From: Acidobacteriota bacterium | Lineage (GTDB): Bacteria > Acidobacteriota > UBA6911 > RPQK01 > JADFOI01 | Reading direction: 5' to 3' | NCBI GenBank assembly: GCA_022562935.1 | Contig: JADFOI010000001.1 | Location: 15,982 to 79,981, forward strand | DNA: 64,000 nucleotides | In this document: positions 47,500-60,741 of the stretch, piece after piece | Position numbering within the stretch: position 1 is the first letter of the stretch | Layout of the letters: each line of letters begins with the position of its first letter | Made by a program: the position numbers and the translations under genes | Notes under the pieces: generated by a model | The model's input: the letters and a program-made list of their open reading frames with translations, nothing else | Databases searched by the model: none | Told to the model about the DNA's origin: nothing

Positions 47500-48432
47500 T
47501 CACTTGCGGAGCAAGTCGTCAAAATAATCCACCGTGAGTCTCAATCCTTTTTTCAGCTCCACCTCCGGTTCCCAGTCGAACAGTTTGCGGGCTTGAGCAA
47601 TATCAGGTCTTCGCCGCACCGGATCATCCGAGGGTAAAGGCTCAAAGCGGATCTGCGAGCCTGTTCCTGTCTGCTCACGAACCCGTTCGGCGAAGGAAAG
47701 AATAGAGACTTCCACCGGATTTCCAAGGTTGACAGGACGGTGGACGCCTTCCTGGTCCATCAGCATCCTTAATCCCCGCACCAGATCAGAGATATAGCAG
47801 AAGGATCGAGTCTGTGATCCATCTCCATAAACGGTCATCGGCTCACCCCGAAGCGCCTGCACAATCAGATTACTCACAACACGTCCGTCGTCTATGGACA
47901 TTCGAGGACCGTAAGTATTGAAGATCCGTGCAATTCGGATATCCACGGCGTTTTGGCGATGGTAGTCCATCATCAGTGTCTCAGCCACTCTCTTCCCCTC
48001 ATCGTAACAACTGCGCGCTCCGACGGGATTGACATGACCCCAGTACTCTTCCGGCTGCGGATGCACCTGCGGATCTCCATACACTTCTGATGTGCTGGCC
48101 TGCAGGATACGAGCCTTCACTCGCTTGGCCATACCGAGCATGTTGATGGTTCCCATTACATTGGTTTTCACAGTCTTGACCGGATTGTACTGGTAGTGAA
48201 CCGGCGATGCCGGACAAGCCAGATTGTAGATTTGGTCCACTTCCAAGAGTATCGGTTCGACCACGTCGTGCCGAATAAATTCAAAAGAGGGGTTGGTTCG
48301 GAAAGGTTGGATATTGCGCCTGAATCCAGAAAAGAGGTTGTCCAGACAGATCACCTCGTGCCCTTCATCGAGCAGAGATTCGCACAAGAAACTGCCTATA
48401 AAACCCGCTCCACCCGTGACCAGAATACGCAT
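47500..48432 (-). CDS. UDP-glucuronate decarboxylase (UDP-xylose synthase) / NAD-dependent epimerase-dehydratase
   Basis: GGAGFIGS Rossmann, YxxxK (YDEGKR) catalytic motif, UXS-like full length. Confidence 0.85.
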   Translation of the reverse strand: MRILVTGGAGFIGSFLCESLLDEGHEVICLDNLFSGFRRNIQPFRTNPSFEFIRHDVVEPILLEVDQIYNLACPASPVHYQYNPVKTVKTNVMGTINMLGMAKRVKARILQASTSEVYGDPQVHPQPEEYWGHVNPVGARSCYDEGKRVAETLMMDYHRQNAVDIRIARIFNTYGPRMSIDDGRVVSNLIVQALRGEPMTVYGDGSQTRSFCYISDLVRGLRMLMDQEGVHRPVNLGNPVEVSILSFAERVREQTGTGSQIRFEPLPSDDPVRRRPDIAQARKLFDWEPEVELKKGLRLTVDYFDDLLRK

Positions 48433-48530
48433 CAGTCTGTGAAGTTAGAGGGTTTACGTTTCAGATGCAAGTTCACCCGCAGCCTGAAGCGTGGAACTTT
48501 GAACGAGGATCTGGAATCCCCGCTCTCTCT

Positions 48531-48648
48531 AGTCCGGAATATGCATAGGTTCTCGTCACGAAGCGACGAAAGCGCCGACCTGACTGCGTTGCACAGCACG
48601 CCGGATGATTTCGGCGCTGCAGTAGAGAATTGATGCATAACCCGGACT
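48531..48648. mobile_element. family-C MITE, short (about 118 bp) copy, inverted relative to the copy at 63487-63596
   Basis: tagtccggaatatgcataggttctcgtcacgaagcgacgaaagcgccg ... gatgatttcggcgctgcagtagagaattgatgcataacccggacta. Confidence 0.8.
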
Positions 48649-49039
48649 AAAACCCAAGGAGACCCGGGGCGACAGAGCGGAAAAAAAACTTATACACGTA
48701 ACCCCCGGGAAATTCCTCGGTTCTACTATAGTTCACCACAATAACCACCTCCGGTCGGCCACGGATATGCTGGACCTGGATGTCCTTTCGTTCGACTGTG
48801 AAGTTGCTGTTCACGCCTAGCTGCAACACTCGGTTGATGATTCTGCGATTTTCCCATCCTTGAAGGGTGGCTCTTCCGGCGATGGTGAGCAAGTCATCAT
48901 GAAATTCATCCTGCTCCAGGTACACAGGGATGACTCGGTAGCACAAGTACCCCAGCATGGCTACCAGCACGGCCAGCACCAGGCAACCAAGCTGGGTTTC
49001 CCCGCGTTCCTTCGACACTACAGTGCACCCTTCCCTCAC
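48647..49039 (-). CDS. hypothetical membrane-anchored protein (130 aa)
   Basis: ORF with one N-terminal TM (LGCLVLAVLVAMLGYLCY); no motifs recognised. Confidence 0.35.
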   Translation of the reverse strand: MREGCTVVSKERGETQLGCLVLAVLVAMLGYLCYRVIPVYLEQDEFHDDLLTIAGRATLQGWENRRIINRVLQLGVNSNFTVERKDIQVQHIRGRPEVVIVVNYSRTEEFPGGYVYKFFFRSVAPGLLGF

Positions 49040-49158
49040 CGTTCGGCGAGAAATCTTTGAGTGATCTCCTTAAAGTTCCGCATCCACTTTGAGTTTAACA
49101 TTTGAAGAGAACAAGAAGCCGAGTATCGATTCTAGCTAGCGCCCCTGTCAGAAAGTTT

Positions 49159-49207
49159 AGGAGATGAGGGACAGGTCCCCGGAGGTCTGTTTTTCATCTC
49201 CTAATTT
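49159..49207. repeat. degenerate GGGACAGG hairpin-family element upstream of uvrB
   Basis: taggagatgagggacaggtccccggaggtctgtttttcatctccta; outer arms taggagatga/tcatctccta pair. Confidence 0.5.
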
Positions 49208-49231
49208 GTGATTGAATTATAATAATCGGTT

Positions 49232-51307
<2,076 letters not shown>

Positions 51308-51316
51308 TGCAATAGC

Positions 51317-52615
51317 ATGCGCATTCAACCCGTCTCCTCTTTGCGAGGAGAGCTTAGCCTACCCGGGGATAAGTCGATTTCTCACCGCTATGCCATTCTC
51401 GGAGCCATGGCCAACGGGACTACCCGCATCTCTCAATTTTCACAGAGCGAGGATTGTCAATCGACACTTCGCTGTCTCAGAAAACTCGGGTTGGGGATCC
51501 GGCAATCCGCAAATAATGAGGTCGAAATCCAAAGTGAAGGATGGAGGCGGTTTCAGAAGCCCAAGGACCTTCTCGACGCCGGGAACAGTGGAACTACCGT
51601 TCGCCTTCTTTCCGCCCTGCTTTCTGCTTCCCCATTCGTTTCCACTATCCAGGGAGATGACTCTTTGAATCGTCGGCCCATGGAGCGAATCATCCGACCT
51701 CTCACCCAAATGGGCGCGAAGATTGAGGCAGTCCAGGATGAATTTCCACCCTTGCGCATTACGGGTTCACAGTTGCGGGGAATTCATTACCGATTGCCGA
51801 TGGCCAGTGCTCAAGTGAAATCGTGTGTTCTTCTGGCCGGACTGATGGCCCAAGGGGAGACCACTGTGGTGGAAGACGTTCCGTCGCGTGATCATACGGA
51901 GCGTGCATTACCGTTCTTTGACGTCGTCTTGACGGAAGAGGCACAACAATTGAAAGTGAAAGGGCCAGCATCTTTAAAGGCGGTTCAAATGGAAATCCCC
52001 GGCGATTTTTCAGCGGCTGTGTTCTTCATCGTGGCCGCTCTTCTCGTTCCCGATTCTGAGATCTGCCTGAGAAGGGTCGGAGTGAATCCTTCTCGCACAG
52101 GTTTGCTCACTCTGCTGGAAGATTCGGGAGCCCGGGTTGAGAGAACAAATACTCGGGAGTTCAACGCTGAACCTGTTTGTGATCTGAAGATTTGTTTCAG
52201 CCATGAGCCACTCAGGAGATTTCCCGCTGAAATCAGCGGGAAGTGGCTCCCCAACCTGATCGACGAAATTCCTGCTCTAGCTATCCTGGCCACGCGTCTG
52301 GAACAGGGACTCCGAGTCCGGGGAGGCGAAGAACTGCGCAAGAAGGAATCCGACCGAATAAAATCTGTGGTTGTAAATCTGAGAAATCTGGGTGTGCAGG
52401 TTGAAGAGTACCCGGACGGTTTCTTTGTCCCACCAGGCCAGCAGATTCAGGGCGGAAAGGTCCAGACCTTCGGAGATCATCGCATAGCTATGGCCTTTGC
52501 CGTGGCCGGACTCATCGCGACTCGACCGGTCGAACTCGATCACCCGTCCTGTGTATCCGTATCCTTCCCAAAATTTTTCGAGAAACTGCAATCTCTGAGA
52601 GTTGAAAGTGGATAA
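51317..52615 (+). CDS. aroA: 3-phosphoshikimate 1-carboxyvinyltransferase (EPSP synthase)
   Basis: 432 aa; LPGDKSISHR, full-length AroA-like. Confidence 0.95.
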   Translation: MRIQPVSSLRGELSLPGDKSISHRYAILGAMANGTTRISQFSQSEDCQSTLRCLRKLGLGIRQSANNEVEIQSEGWRRFQKPKDLLDAGNSGTTVRLLSALLSASPFVSTIQGDDSLNRRPMERIIRPLTQMGAKIEAVQDEFPPLRITGSQLRGIHYRLPMASAQVKSCVLLAGLMAQGETTVVEDVPSRDHTERALPFFDVVLTEEAQQLKVKGPASLKAVQMEIPGDFSAAVFFIVAALLVPDSEICLRRVGVNPSRTGLLTLLEDSGARVERTNTREFNAEPVCDLKICFSHEPLRRFPAEISGKWLPNLIDEIPALAILATRLEQGLRVRGGEELRKKESDRIKSVVVNLRNLGVQVEEYPDGFFVPPGQQIQGGKVQTFGDHRIAMAFAVAGLIATRPVELDHPSCVSVSFPKFFEKLQSLRVESG

Positions 52616-53111
52616 ACACGTTTATATCGTCGGATTCATGGGAAGTGGAAAGTCGACGATTGGTCCGCTCCTGGCGGGTAGTATGGATCGTCCCTTTTAC
52701 GATCTGGATGACCTGATCGAAGAGGAGCAGAAGAGGACGATTTCCGAAATCTTCGAGTCACAGGGAGAGGAGTATTTCCGGAAATTGGAGTCGGACACGT
52801 TGGTCCAAAACTCGCCTTCAGAGCCCTGTGTGATGGCTCTTGGAGGAGGAACCTTCGTTAGCGAAGTCAACCGTGACTATATCTCCAAACAAGGCATATC
52901 GGTGTGGCTCAAAATTCCCCTTAGACTGGCGAGAAGACGATGCATGGACTCTCGACATCGCCCTCTGGCAAGAGACCCGGAGCAATGGGAATCCCTTTTT
53001 CGCTGTCGCGAGAAGATCTATCAACTAGCAGACATCCCGGTGGAAGTTAAAGGCCAATCTCCCCAACAAATCTGCGCGGAGATACAGGGCCGTCTGAGTG
53101 AGATCACATAA
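52602..53111 (+). CDS. aroK: shikimate kinase
   Basis: Walker A GFMGSGKST; 169 aa; overlaps aroA by 14 bp. Confidence 0.9.
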   Translation: MKVDKHVYIVGFMGSGKSTIGPLLAGSMDRPFYDLDDLIEEEQKRTISEIFESQGEEYFRKLESDTLVQNSPSEPCVMALGGGTFVSEVNRDYISKQGISVWLKIPLRLARRRCMDSRHRPLARDPEQWESLFRCREKIYQLADIPVEVKGQSPQQICAEIQGRLSEIT

Positions 53112-53155
53112 TCCTTTGCCTGGTCGTGTGGCTTTGCTAACATAGCGAGAGGATA

Positions 53156-54655
53156 ATGGCAAAATCGTTTTTTTTCTTCCTGCTTTTCTCATCGAGCCTC
53201 CTGGGTGCCGGTTCTTTCTCCCTAGATCAGATCTCCAGCTCCTTCCCCTCCAAGGGCTTTGAAGACAGGATCGAGTTCTGGAAGGCAATCTTTACCGAAT
53301 ACGGGGACCGAGAAGTCCTGATCCATGACCAAAACGATGTTCGCTTGATTTACGAGGTGGTCCGGTTTGCCAGGGAAGTTCGTGACGATGGCGTCGAGTA
53401 CGAACGCCAGCGAAAGGAATTGGAAAAGAGGGAGAAAGAGTTCCAGCGGCTCTTTGAGGAGATACGACGATACGGTTACGACTCAGAGAAGCTCACAAAA
53501 ACGCACAAGAAAATCATCCGCCTTCTTGAATCTCACGGTTACTCCCCTTCTTCCCGTCTATTGAGGGAACTGGGGAAGAATATGCGCTCCCAAAGGGGCA
53601 TCAAGGAAAAATTTAGGGAAGGTTTGATCCGTTCCGGACAATATCTCAGCAGAATTGAAACCATATTTAAGGAGCACGGTCTCCCCGCCGAGCTCGCGCT
53701 TTTGCCCCATGTCGAGTCCTCCTTTGATTATAGTGTTTATTCCAAACGAGGCGCGGCAGGTATTTGGCAGTTTATACGCGGAACGGGACGCCGTTACCTG
53801 AAAATTAACCGTTCTGTGGATGAACGCCTCGACCCTTTGAAATCGAGTGAAGCGGCGGCGCGCCTGTTTCGAGAGAACTATGACACCCTGGGGAACTGGC
53901 CCCTGGCCGTGACCGCCTTCAATCATGGCACAAACGGGATGGCGCGGGCCAAAAGACGTTTTGGCGCCGATTTGGGTAAGATTATCCAGCAATACCAGTC
54001 CCGGACCTTCGGGTTCGCCAGCAAGAATTTTTATGCCGAGTTTTTGGCAGCCGTTGTAGTGGCCCGCAACTATTCGGACTACTTCGGCCCCCTGGAGCTT
54101 GCCTCTCCCAGGCAATATGACACCATCTCTTTGGAAAGGTCTCATCGACTAAGCCATTTCACTCAGATCCAGGGACTCACGGAAGATATTCTTCGGGACT
54201 ATAATCCGCACATCAGGGCAGATGTCTGGCAAAGATCGAAGATTCTGCCGGCCGGACTCGAGATTCATCTTCCTCAAGGTCAGGGAGAAGCGATTGTGGC
54301 AGCTCTTGAAACAGCACCTGCCGCCACCAGCCTGTTTCTGGTGGCCGACAACGGCGCGATGGGTTACCGGGTGCAGGATGGCGACACTCTCCTTGTCATA
54401 GCGAACCGAGTGGGTAGTTCCGTCTCCACACTTCAGCTTGCCAACAACCTCTCTAATCCGGACCGAATCTATCCGGGACAGTTTCTTCTGGTCTCTGAGG
54501 CTTCTGAGCAACCCACACAGTACCGAGTCCGTCCAGGCGATACTTTGATTGAGATTGCCATCAAATTCGGCACCTCTCTTAGAAGGCTGCAAAACATGAA
54601 TCGGATCGACGACCCTCACCTCATCTTCCTGGGACAAGTTCTTCTCATTCCCTAA
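53156..54655 (+). CDS. mltD: membrane-bound lytic murein transglycosylase D-like (SLT domain plus two C-terminal LysM domains)
   Basis: SLT catalytic region ELALLPHVESSF...GIWQF; LysM repeats YRVQDGDTLLVIANR and YRVRPGDTLIEIAIKFG. Confidence 0.8.
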   Translation: MAKSFFFFLLFSSSLLGAGSFSLDQISSSFPSKGFEDRIEFWKAIFTEYGDREVLIHDQNDVRLIYEVVRFAREVRDDGVEYERQRKELEKREKEFQRLFEEIRRYGYDSEKLTKTHKKIIRLLESHGYSPSSRLLRELGKNMRSQRGIKEKFREGLIRSGQYLSRIETIFKEHGLPAELALLPHVESSFDYSVYSKRGAAGIWQFIRGTGRRYLKINRSVDERLDPLKSSEAAARLFRENYDTLGNWPLAVTAFNHGTNGMARAKRRFGADLGKIIQQYQSRTFGFASKNFYAEFLAAVVVARNYSDYFGPLELASPRQYDTISLERSHRLSHFTQIQGLTEDILRDYNPHIRADVWQRSKILPAGLEIHLPQGQGEAIVAALETAPAATSLFLVADNGAMGYRVQDGDTLLVIANRVGSSVSTLQLANNLSNPDRIYPGQFLLVSEASEQPTQYRVRPGDTLIEIAIKFGTSLRRLQNMNRIDDPHLIFLGQVLLIP

Positions 54656-54670
54656 AGGAATGAGAAGAAC

Positions 54671-54766
54671 AAATTTCAAATCCTAAATCCCAAATTCCAA
54701 ACAATTGGAGAGTTCGGGGACAGGCCCAAGAATTCCCAGAATTCGGGGCCTGTCCCCGAACTCCCC
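54671..54766. terminator. family-A microsatellite module (54671-54703) plus GGGACAGGCCC palindrome (54707-54766) between convergent mltD and clpB
   Basis: aaatttcaaatcctaaatcccaaattccaaac then ggagagttcggggacaggcccaagaattcccagaattcggggcctgtccccgaactcccc. Confidence 0.6.
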
Positions 54767-57418
54767 CTACACTCCGACGGTGGCTTCAACCTCTTTTTCA
54801 GCTACCGCCGCTTGAGGCGTAAAGGTCAATCTCTTATTGGAGGTATCATAATCGACCAGCACCCCGCCCCCATCTCTGACTGTTCCTTGAAGAATCAAGC
54901 GGCCGAGCGGGTTCTCCAGCTCCTTCTGAATGCTCCGCTTTAAAGGACGAGCACCGTAGTTTGGATCATAGCCGACCCGGACCAAAAATTCGCGCCCTTC
55001 AGGGGTCACCTCAATCTGAATATTGCGGTCCGCCAGCCGATGGCGCAAATTCTGGAGCTGGATTTCCACAATCTCTTTCAAGTGTTCCTCGGACAAAGCA
55101 TGAAAGACAATCATTTCATCCACCCGGTTGAGGAATTCCGGTCGGAAGTGACGACTCAATTCCTCCAATACAGCTCTTTTCATCTCTTCATATTCAAACC
55201 CTTCAAAGGCGTGGGAATATTCAAGAATGCGATGGCTCCCAATATTGGAAGTCATGATCACAATGGTGTTTTTGAAATCCACAGTCCTACCCTGCCCATC
55301 GGTGAGTCTACCGTCCTCCAGGATTTGCAGCAGAGTATTAAAGACGTCGCAGTGAGCCTTCTCAATTTCGTCCAGAAGAATCACCGAATAGGGTCGACGC
55401 CGTACCGCTTCCGTGAGCTGGCCACCCTCCTCGTATCCCACATACCCCGGCGGTGCTCCGATCAGTCGGGCCACTGAATGCTTCTCCTGATACTCGGACA
55501 TGTCGATTCGAATCATGGCGCCCTCGTCATCGAACAGGAACTCGGCCAAAGCGCGGGCCAGCTCTGTCTTCCCCACCCCGGTCGGACCCGAGAAAATGAA
55601 GCTCCCCACAGGACGGTTTGGATCTTTCAGACCCGAACGCGCCCGAATGACCGCTTCAGCCACCGCAGCCGTTCCATCTTCCTGGCCCACAACACGCAAA
55701 TGGAGAGCATCTTCCAGATGAAGTAGTTTTTGTACTTCTCCTTCAAGCAGCCTCGACATGGGGATGCCGGTCCAACGGCTCACCACTTCGGCAATGTCCT
55801 CATCATCAACTTCCTCCTTCAAAGAGTGGTCAGCATCAGGCTCCTTTGCCAGGCTTTCTTCTTCCTCCTCCAGTTGGCGCTCCAACCCTGCCAACGTGCC
55901 GTACTTCAGCTCCGCCGCCCGGTTGAGATCATATTCTCGTTCAGCTTGCTCGATTTCAATCTTGGTCCGTTCAATCTGTTCACGAAGGGTTCTCGAGCGC
56001 TGCAGCCGTTCCGTTTCTATCTGCCATTGGGCATGGAGCGCGTCGGCCTGGACCTTCATATCCGCGAGTCCCTTCTCCAGTTTAGCCAGGCGTTCCTTTG
56101 AGGCTTTATCGGTTTCCTTTTTCAATGCTTCTCGCTCGATCTCGAGCTGCATGACCCGGCGTCGCAACTCATCGAGCTCAAAAGGCATAGAATCCATTTC
56201 GAGGCGCAACTTTGCGGCCGCCTCATCGACCAGATCAATGGCCTTGTCGGGCAAAAACCGATCTGAAATGTACCGGTTGGAGAGCACCGCTGCAGCAACC
56301 AAAGCCGAATCCTTGATTCTGACACCATGGTGTACTTCGTATCGCTCGCTCAATCCGCGCAAGATCGAAACCGTGTCCTCCACAGAAGGTTGACTGACCA
56401 GAACAACTTGAAACCGCCGCTCCAGTGCAGCATCTTTTTCGACATGCTTGCGATATTCGTCCAGCGTAGTGGCACCAATGCAGTGCAGTTCTCCACGAGC
56501 CAGCATCGGCTTCAGGAGGTTTCCCGCATCCATAGCGCCTTCCACCCGACCGGCACCGACCACGGTGTGCAGTTCGTCAATGAAAAGAATAATCTCGCCC
56601 TGGGAGTCCTGGACTTCCTTAAGAACAGCCTTAAGCCTCTCCTCAAACTCTCCCCGGTATTTTGCCCCCGCAATCAGAGCACCCATGTCCAGAGATACAA
56701 TCCTCTTGTTCTTTAAGCCCTCCGGAACGTCACCTCGAACGATTCGCTGAGCCAGCCCTTCCACAATCGCGGTCTTGCCAACCCCCGGCTCCCCAATGAG
56801 AACGGGATTGTTCTTGGTACGACGGGACAAGACCTGCATGATGCGGCGGATTTCCTCATCGCGCCCGATGACCGGATCCAGTTTGCCCTGGGTTGCCTGT
56901 AACGTCAGATCGCGGCCATATCTCTCAAGCGCCTCATAGGTCACTTCAGGGTTGGGTGTGGTAACCCTTTGGCTGCCTCGAATATGGTACAGGGTCTGCA
57001 TCAGTCTCTCTCGAGTCACTCCAAACTCTCTAAAGATTCTCCCAGCAGCACTTTTGTCCTCGGTCAAAGCCAGCAGCAGATGCTCCACCGAGACATATTC
57101 GTCCCCAAGCGTCTTGGCTTCCTCCTTGGCCTGTTCCAGCAGCAAACTGAGGCGTCCCGTAACATACACTTGATCGGGGGGCCCCGAGGAACTAGAAATT
57201 CTTGGAAGGGCGTCGAGTTCCTCTTGAAGACTTTTCCTGAGATCTTCTCCACTGATTTCCGCTCGATGAAACATCGAAGTGGCGAGCCCCTGTTCCTGTT
57301 CCAGGAGGGCCAGTAAAAGATGCTCCACTTCAACATGCTGGTGACCGAGTCGCAGAGCCTTAACCTGAGCCTCTCTCAGGGCTTCCTGCACTTTCTCTGT
57401 TAAACGACTGATATCCAT
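54767..57418 (-). CDS. clpB: chaperone ClpB (Hsp100 disaggregase)
   Basis: 883 aa; two AAA+ modules ([16 protein letters not shown]), middle coiled-coil, Clp N-domain. Confidence 0.97.
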   Translation of the reverse strand: MDISRLTEKVQEALREAQVKALRLGHQHVEVEHLLLALLEQEQGLATSMFHRAEISGEDLRKSLQEELDALPRISSSSGPPDQVYVTGRLSLLLEQAKEEAKTLGDEYVSVEHLLLALTEDKSAAGRIFREFGVTRERLMQTLYHIRGSQRVTTPNPEVTYEALERYGRDLTLQATQGKLDPVIGRDEEIRRIMQVLSRRTKNNPVLIGEPGVGKTAIVEGLAQRIVRGDVPEGLKNKRIVSLDMGALIAGAKYRGEFEERLKAVLKEVQDSQGEIILFIDELHTVVGAGRVEGAMDAGNLLKPMLARGELHCIGATTLDEYRKHVEKDAALERRFQVVLVSQPSVEDTVSILRGLSERYEVHHGVRIKDSALVAAAVLSNRYISDRFLPDKAIDLVDEAAAKLRLEMDSMPFELDELRRRVMQLEIEREALKKETDKASKERLAKLEKGLADMKVQADALHAQWQIETERLQRSRTLREQIERTKIEIEQAEREYDLNRAAELKYGTLAGLERQLEEEEESLAKEPDADHSLKEEVDDEDIAEVVSRWTGIPMSRLLEGEVQKLLHLEDALHLRVVGQEDGTAAVAEAVIRARSGLKDPNRPVGSFIFSGPTGVGKTELARALAEFLFDDEGAMIRIDMSEYQEKHSVARLIGAPPGYVGYEEGGQLTEAVRRRPYSVILLDEIEKAHCDVFNTLLQILEDGRLTDGQGRTVDFKNTIVIMTSNIGSHRILEYSHAFEGFEYEEMKRAVLEELSRHFRPEFLNRVDEMIVFHALSEEHLKEIVEIQLQNLRHRLADRNIQIEVTPEGREFLVRVGYDPNYGARPLKRSIQKELENPLGRLILQGTVRDGGGVLVDYDTSNKRLTFTPQAAVAEKEVEATVGV

Positions 57419-57510
57419 ATGAAACTCCTTCCCCTTTAATCTGTTTCCGTTCTTCTTACGCCTTATATAGGATCGGAAAAGTGTCTTGACAAGTTCGTAT
57501 AGGCCTGGCT

Positions 57511-57539
57511 TTGACGGTGGTTGGTCGAGATCTTATGAT
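57511..57539 (+). promoter_or_regulatory. candidate sigma70-type promoter for grpE (TTGACG-17 nt-TATGAT) in the divergent clpB/grpE region
   Basis: ttgacg at 57511-57516, 17-nt spacer, tatgat at 57534-57539, about 10-25 nt before the candidate grpE starts. Confidence 0.35.
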
Positions 57540-57547
57540 AGTCAGGG

Positions 57548-58201
57548 ATGAACCATGAGAAGAAAAGAATGGGAAAAGGCAAGGAAGAATCGAAAATGAA
57601 AGTGACCGACCGGAGATTCTGGGCCCAGGATGAATCAGCCGAGGAAAAGGCTTCAATACCAACCAAAAAATATCCGAGTTTCATCGAAGAGTTAAAGACG
57701 AGGACAGAACTAGCTGAGCAAAAGCTCAAGGAGAAAGTCGAAAAACTGCACCAGGAGAATGAAGCTTTTCGCCTCCGCCTGTCCAAAGATATGGACCGGC
57801 GGATGGAACAAGAAAAATTTGAGATCTTCGGCAATTTTCTGGAATTGATCGATAACTTCGAGCGGGCCCTCAAGGCGACCCAGGAAACCCTCAGTTTTGA
57901 GGCTCTGAAAGAGGGTGTTCAGCTTAATCTGGAACTCTTCCTGAGTAAGCTCAAGTCGCTGGGTATTGAACCCATGGATCTCCTCCACAAACCTTTCGAT
58001 CCGCATGAGGCGGAGGCGGTGGGCGTGGTTGCGGTGGATGATCCCGACCTGGATCAACACATCATCGAAGTTGTACAACGTGGATTTCGCTGGGGTGAGC
58101 AAGTGCTGCGTCCGGCCCGGGTCCGGACGGGGCAATATCAAGCCGAAAAGAAATCCCTGAGTGACGAAAATGAGTCCACGACTCTCTCTTCGGAAAGCTA
58201 G
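57548..58201 (+). CDS. grpE: nucleotide exchange factor GrpE
   Basis: 217 aa; coiled-coil N-half, C-terminal beta domain (FDPHEAEAVGVV..., VVQRGFRWGEQVLRPARV). Confidence 0.85.
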   Translation: MNHEKKRMGKGKEESKMKVTDRRFWAQDESAEEKASIPTKKYPSFIEELKTRTELAEQKLKEKVEKLHQENEAFRLRLSKDMDRRMEQEKFEIFGNFLELIDNFERALKATQETLSFEALKEGVQLNLELFLSKLKSLGIEPMDLLHKPFDPHEAEAVGVVAVDDPDLDQHIIEVVQRGFRWGEQVLRPARVRTGQYQAEKKSLSDENESTTLSSES

Positions 58202-58226
58202 CCGGGATTATTCATAGGACGAGACA

Positions 58227-58742
58227 CTAGAGACTCTTCCAGCGCCGCTGGGTATGGCGGGATCGTGATCCACGAAAAGCATGACACAGTGCTATGGCGA
58301 GCGCATCAGCAGCATCGTGGGGTTGAGGTTCTTCCTTGAGGTTCAGCAAGGTCCGAACCATGACCTGGATCTGTGCCTTATCGGCCCTGCCGTAACCCAC
58401 AACTGCCTTTTTGATCTCCAAAGGTGAATACTCGACAAGAGGAATCCTAAACTGGCCTGCGGCCAACAAAACCACGCCCCGAGCCTGCCCGAGTTTGAGT
58501 GCGCTCTTCGCGTTGACGGCATAGAAGACATCCTCGACTGCAACCACGTCCGGTGCATGGTGCTCCAACAAAGCATACAACTTCGTGTGAATACGCCTTA
58601 ACCGATCCGGGAAAAGGTTTGATCCACCCTGAGTGAGCCCCGAGACTCCCCCGTATTCCAGGCAACACGGATGATTCCCTTCGAACTTGATGACCCCATA
58701 GCCCGTCATCCGACTCCCGGGGTCAACCCCTAGAATTACCAC
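58227..58742 (-). CDS. ruvC: crossover junction endodeoxyribonuclease RuvC
   Basis: 171 aa; ILGVDPGSRMTGYGV N-terminus, catalytic acidic residues (VEDVF, HDAADALA). Confidence 0.9.
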   Translation of the reverse strand: MVILGVDPGSRMTGYGVIKFEGNHPCCLEYGGVSGLTQGGSNLFPDRLRRIHTKLYALLEHHAPDVVAVEDVFYAVNAKSALKLGQARGVVLLAAGQFRIPLVEYSPLEIKKAVVGYGRADKAQIQVMVRTLLNLKEEPQPHDAADALAIALCHAFRGSRSRHTQRRWKSL

Positions 58743-58782
58743 GGAATCATGATACTACCGGTGTCTGCGCCCAGAGCGCGCT

Positions 58783-58894
58783 GAAAATAGAAAATAGAAA
58801 ATAGAAAAAAAGAATTCGTTTTGAATTTGTTTGGGATTTGGGATTTTGAATTTAGGATTTCAGCCGGTCTCCCGGCTGGGGTCTCCGGCCGGCG
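58783..58894. repeat. family-A microsatellite module (aaaatag x3, ttttgaatt, tttgggatt x2, hairpin cagccggtctcccggctg) between yebC and ruvC
   Basis: Read directly; shares a >40-bp near-identical segment with 36700-36745. Confidence 0.8.
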
Positions 58895-59644
58895 TCAGTT
58901 GATTAGCGATTCCATCTGCGTATCATCGATGTCAAAGTTGGCGTAGACATTCCCCACATCCTCAAGATCCTCTAATGCGTCCATTAACCTGAGCATTTGT
59001 TCTGCTTGCTTGTTCTCGAGACGCACGTCGGTCTGCGTGGTCATGGTCAGTTCCGCAGACTCCATTTCGACCCCGGCTGATTTCAAGGCTTGTTTGACCA
59101 CCTCTAGACTTTCAATAGAGGTGTAAACATTAAAGATATCCTCATGGCTCTCAAGATCTTCAGCTCCAGCCTCCAGAACGATCTCCAGGAGTTGCTCTTC
59201 CGAAACCTCTTTCTGGTTAATGGCAATCGACCCCTTCCTCTCAAACATCCACTGCACACTGCCTGTCTCAGCTAGATTTCCCCCCTGTTTGGAGAAGATA
59301 CGGCGAAGCTCAGCTACCGTTCGATTCTTGTTGTCCGTCAGGACCTCGATCAGCACCGCCACTCCTCCCGGCCCATAGCCTTCATAGGAAATGGACTCGT
59401 AAATCTGGCCGGGAAGCTCTCCCGTTCCCTTCATGATGGCACGCTTGATGTTGTCCTGAGGCATGTTGGCGCCCTTAGCGGTCTGCACGGCCCCCCGCAA
59501 CCGGGGATTGGCCTCAACATCACCCCCGCCAAGCCGAGCAGCCACACTAATTTCCTTAATCAGCCGGGTAAAGAGCTTTCCCCTCTTGGCATCGGCACTC
59601 GCCTTCTTGTGCTTGATGGAATGCCATTTTGAATGTCCTGACAT
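58895..59644 (-). CDS. yebC: YebC/PmpR-family transcriptional regulator
   Basis: 249 aa; [16 protein letters not shown]-terminus is diagnostic. Confidence 0.9.
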   Translation of the reverse strand: MSGHSKWHSIKHKKASADAKRGKLFTRLIKEISVAARLGGGDVEANPRLRGAVQTAKGANMPQDNIKRAIMKGTGELPGQIYESISYEGYGPGGVAVLIEVLTDNKNRTVAELRRIFSKQGGNLAETGSVQWMFERKGSIAINQKEVSEEQLLEIVLEAGAEDLESHEDIFNVYTSIESLEVVKQALKSAGVEMESAELTMTTQTDVRLENKQAEQMLRLMDALEDLEDVGNVYANFDIDDTQMESLIN

Positions 59645-59718
59645 ACTTGTAAATTCCCTATTTGAATCGATTGAATGATGTGAGGATCAGCCGTATTGTA
59701 GCATGGACATGGGGAAGC

Positions 59719-59905
59719 TGACAGCTGAGAATAGACCACAGACCACAGACCACAGACCACAGACCACAGACAAATGACAAATGACAAATGACAACTGACC
59801 GGAAGAGAGGACTGAGTGCTGAGGACTGAGTGCAGACCACAGACTCGCTGAAATTCCAAACCTGGAACTTGGAACTTGGAACGCGCGCTGAGGCGCGCTC
59901 CGACC
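59719..59905. repeat. family-A composite microsatellite element (gaccaca x6, gacaaat x3, ggactgagt x2, ggaacttg x2, gcgcgc hairpin), inverted near-copy of 29955-30212
   Basis: Reverse complement of 30140-30185 (ctcagtcctcagtcctcatcactcagtcctctcttccggtc) matches 59792-59832; reverse complement of 30025-30060 matches 59856-59900. Confidence 0.85.
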
Positions 59906-59958
59906 TGGAAGCTGGACCTTCTGCGGTGTAAGATCCGTGACGTCCGTGGGATTGAAAA

Positions 59959-60694
59959 AGTGACCAAATACAAAGTCGTTCTCCAATACGTGGGAACCCG
60001 CTACTCCGGTTGGCAAATCCAGAAGAATCAGCACACCATCCAGGGCAAGTTAAACAGCGCACTGCACCAGTTGACCGGCGAAGAGATCAGTGTGGTGGGG
60101 GCGGGAAGAACCGATTCAGGCGTACACGCAATGGAACAGGTGGCCCACCTCAGACTTTCTGAAAAAATAGCGACAGAGAAACTTCTTCGGGGACTCAATG
60201 GAATTTTACCCTGGGACATTCGAGTCATGCGTATCGATCCGGCTCCCCACAACTTTCACGCTCAGAAGGACGCCTTAAAGAAACGCTACGAATATCGCAT
60301 TTACACTGGGCCTATTCTCCCTCCTTTTCTCCATGGCTACGTCCATCACATGACCCGCCCCTTGAATGCTCCAGACATGCAGAGGGCAGCGGAACAACTG
60401 TGCCGGTCTGACGACTTCAGAGGCTTCGCGGCCGCTTCGACAAGGGTGAAAAGCACCGTTCGTACCGTTTTTCTCTCTCAAATCCAAGAGCAGGGATGTC
60501 ACCTCACCTATCAGATCGAAGGCGACGGGTTTTTACATCATATGGTGCGCAATATCGTGGGTACCCTTTTGGAAGTCGGAGTGGGAAAGAGAGATCCTGA
60601 TCACATCTGTAAAATCCTGAATTCCAAAGATCGCCGGCTGGCCGGACCCACGGCACCCGCCCACGGCCTTTATTTGATGCACGTCTGGTACTAG
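59959..60694 (+). CDS. truA: tRNA pseudouridine(38-40) synthase TruA
   Basis: Conserved YVGTRYSGWQ, GAGRTDSGVHA (catalytic Asp); GTG 59959 (VTKYKVV) preferred because the ORF-track ATG 59876 lies in the repeat; start uncertain. Confidence 0.85.
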
Positions 60695-60741
60695 GGAGGT
60701 TTTTTCGAGACTAGCAGTGTGGTAGAGTACGAGGCGATTTT

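Noticed and set aside
55758-56393. 211-aa Ser-rich plus-strand ORF
   Set aside because: Antisense of the clpB coiled-coil (E/A/L-rich) region; composition artefact.
57484-57502. Possible HspR-associated inverted repeat (HAIR) cttgacaagttcgtatagg in the clpB/grpE intergenic region
   Set aside because: Not a palindrome and does not match CTTGAGT-N7-ACTCAAG. Only shares caagttcgt with a segment near 23893, which may be coincidence.
59560-60062. Minus-strand ORFs of 115-137 aa across the yebC/truA intergenic repeat
   Set aside because: Same artefact: the tandem units gaccaca/gacaaat give open frames. They overlap the truA 5' end antisense.
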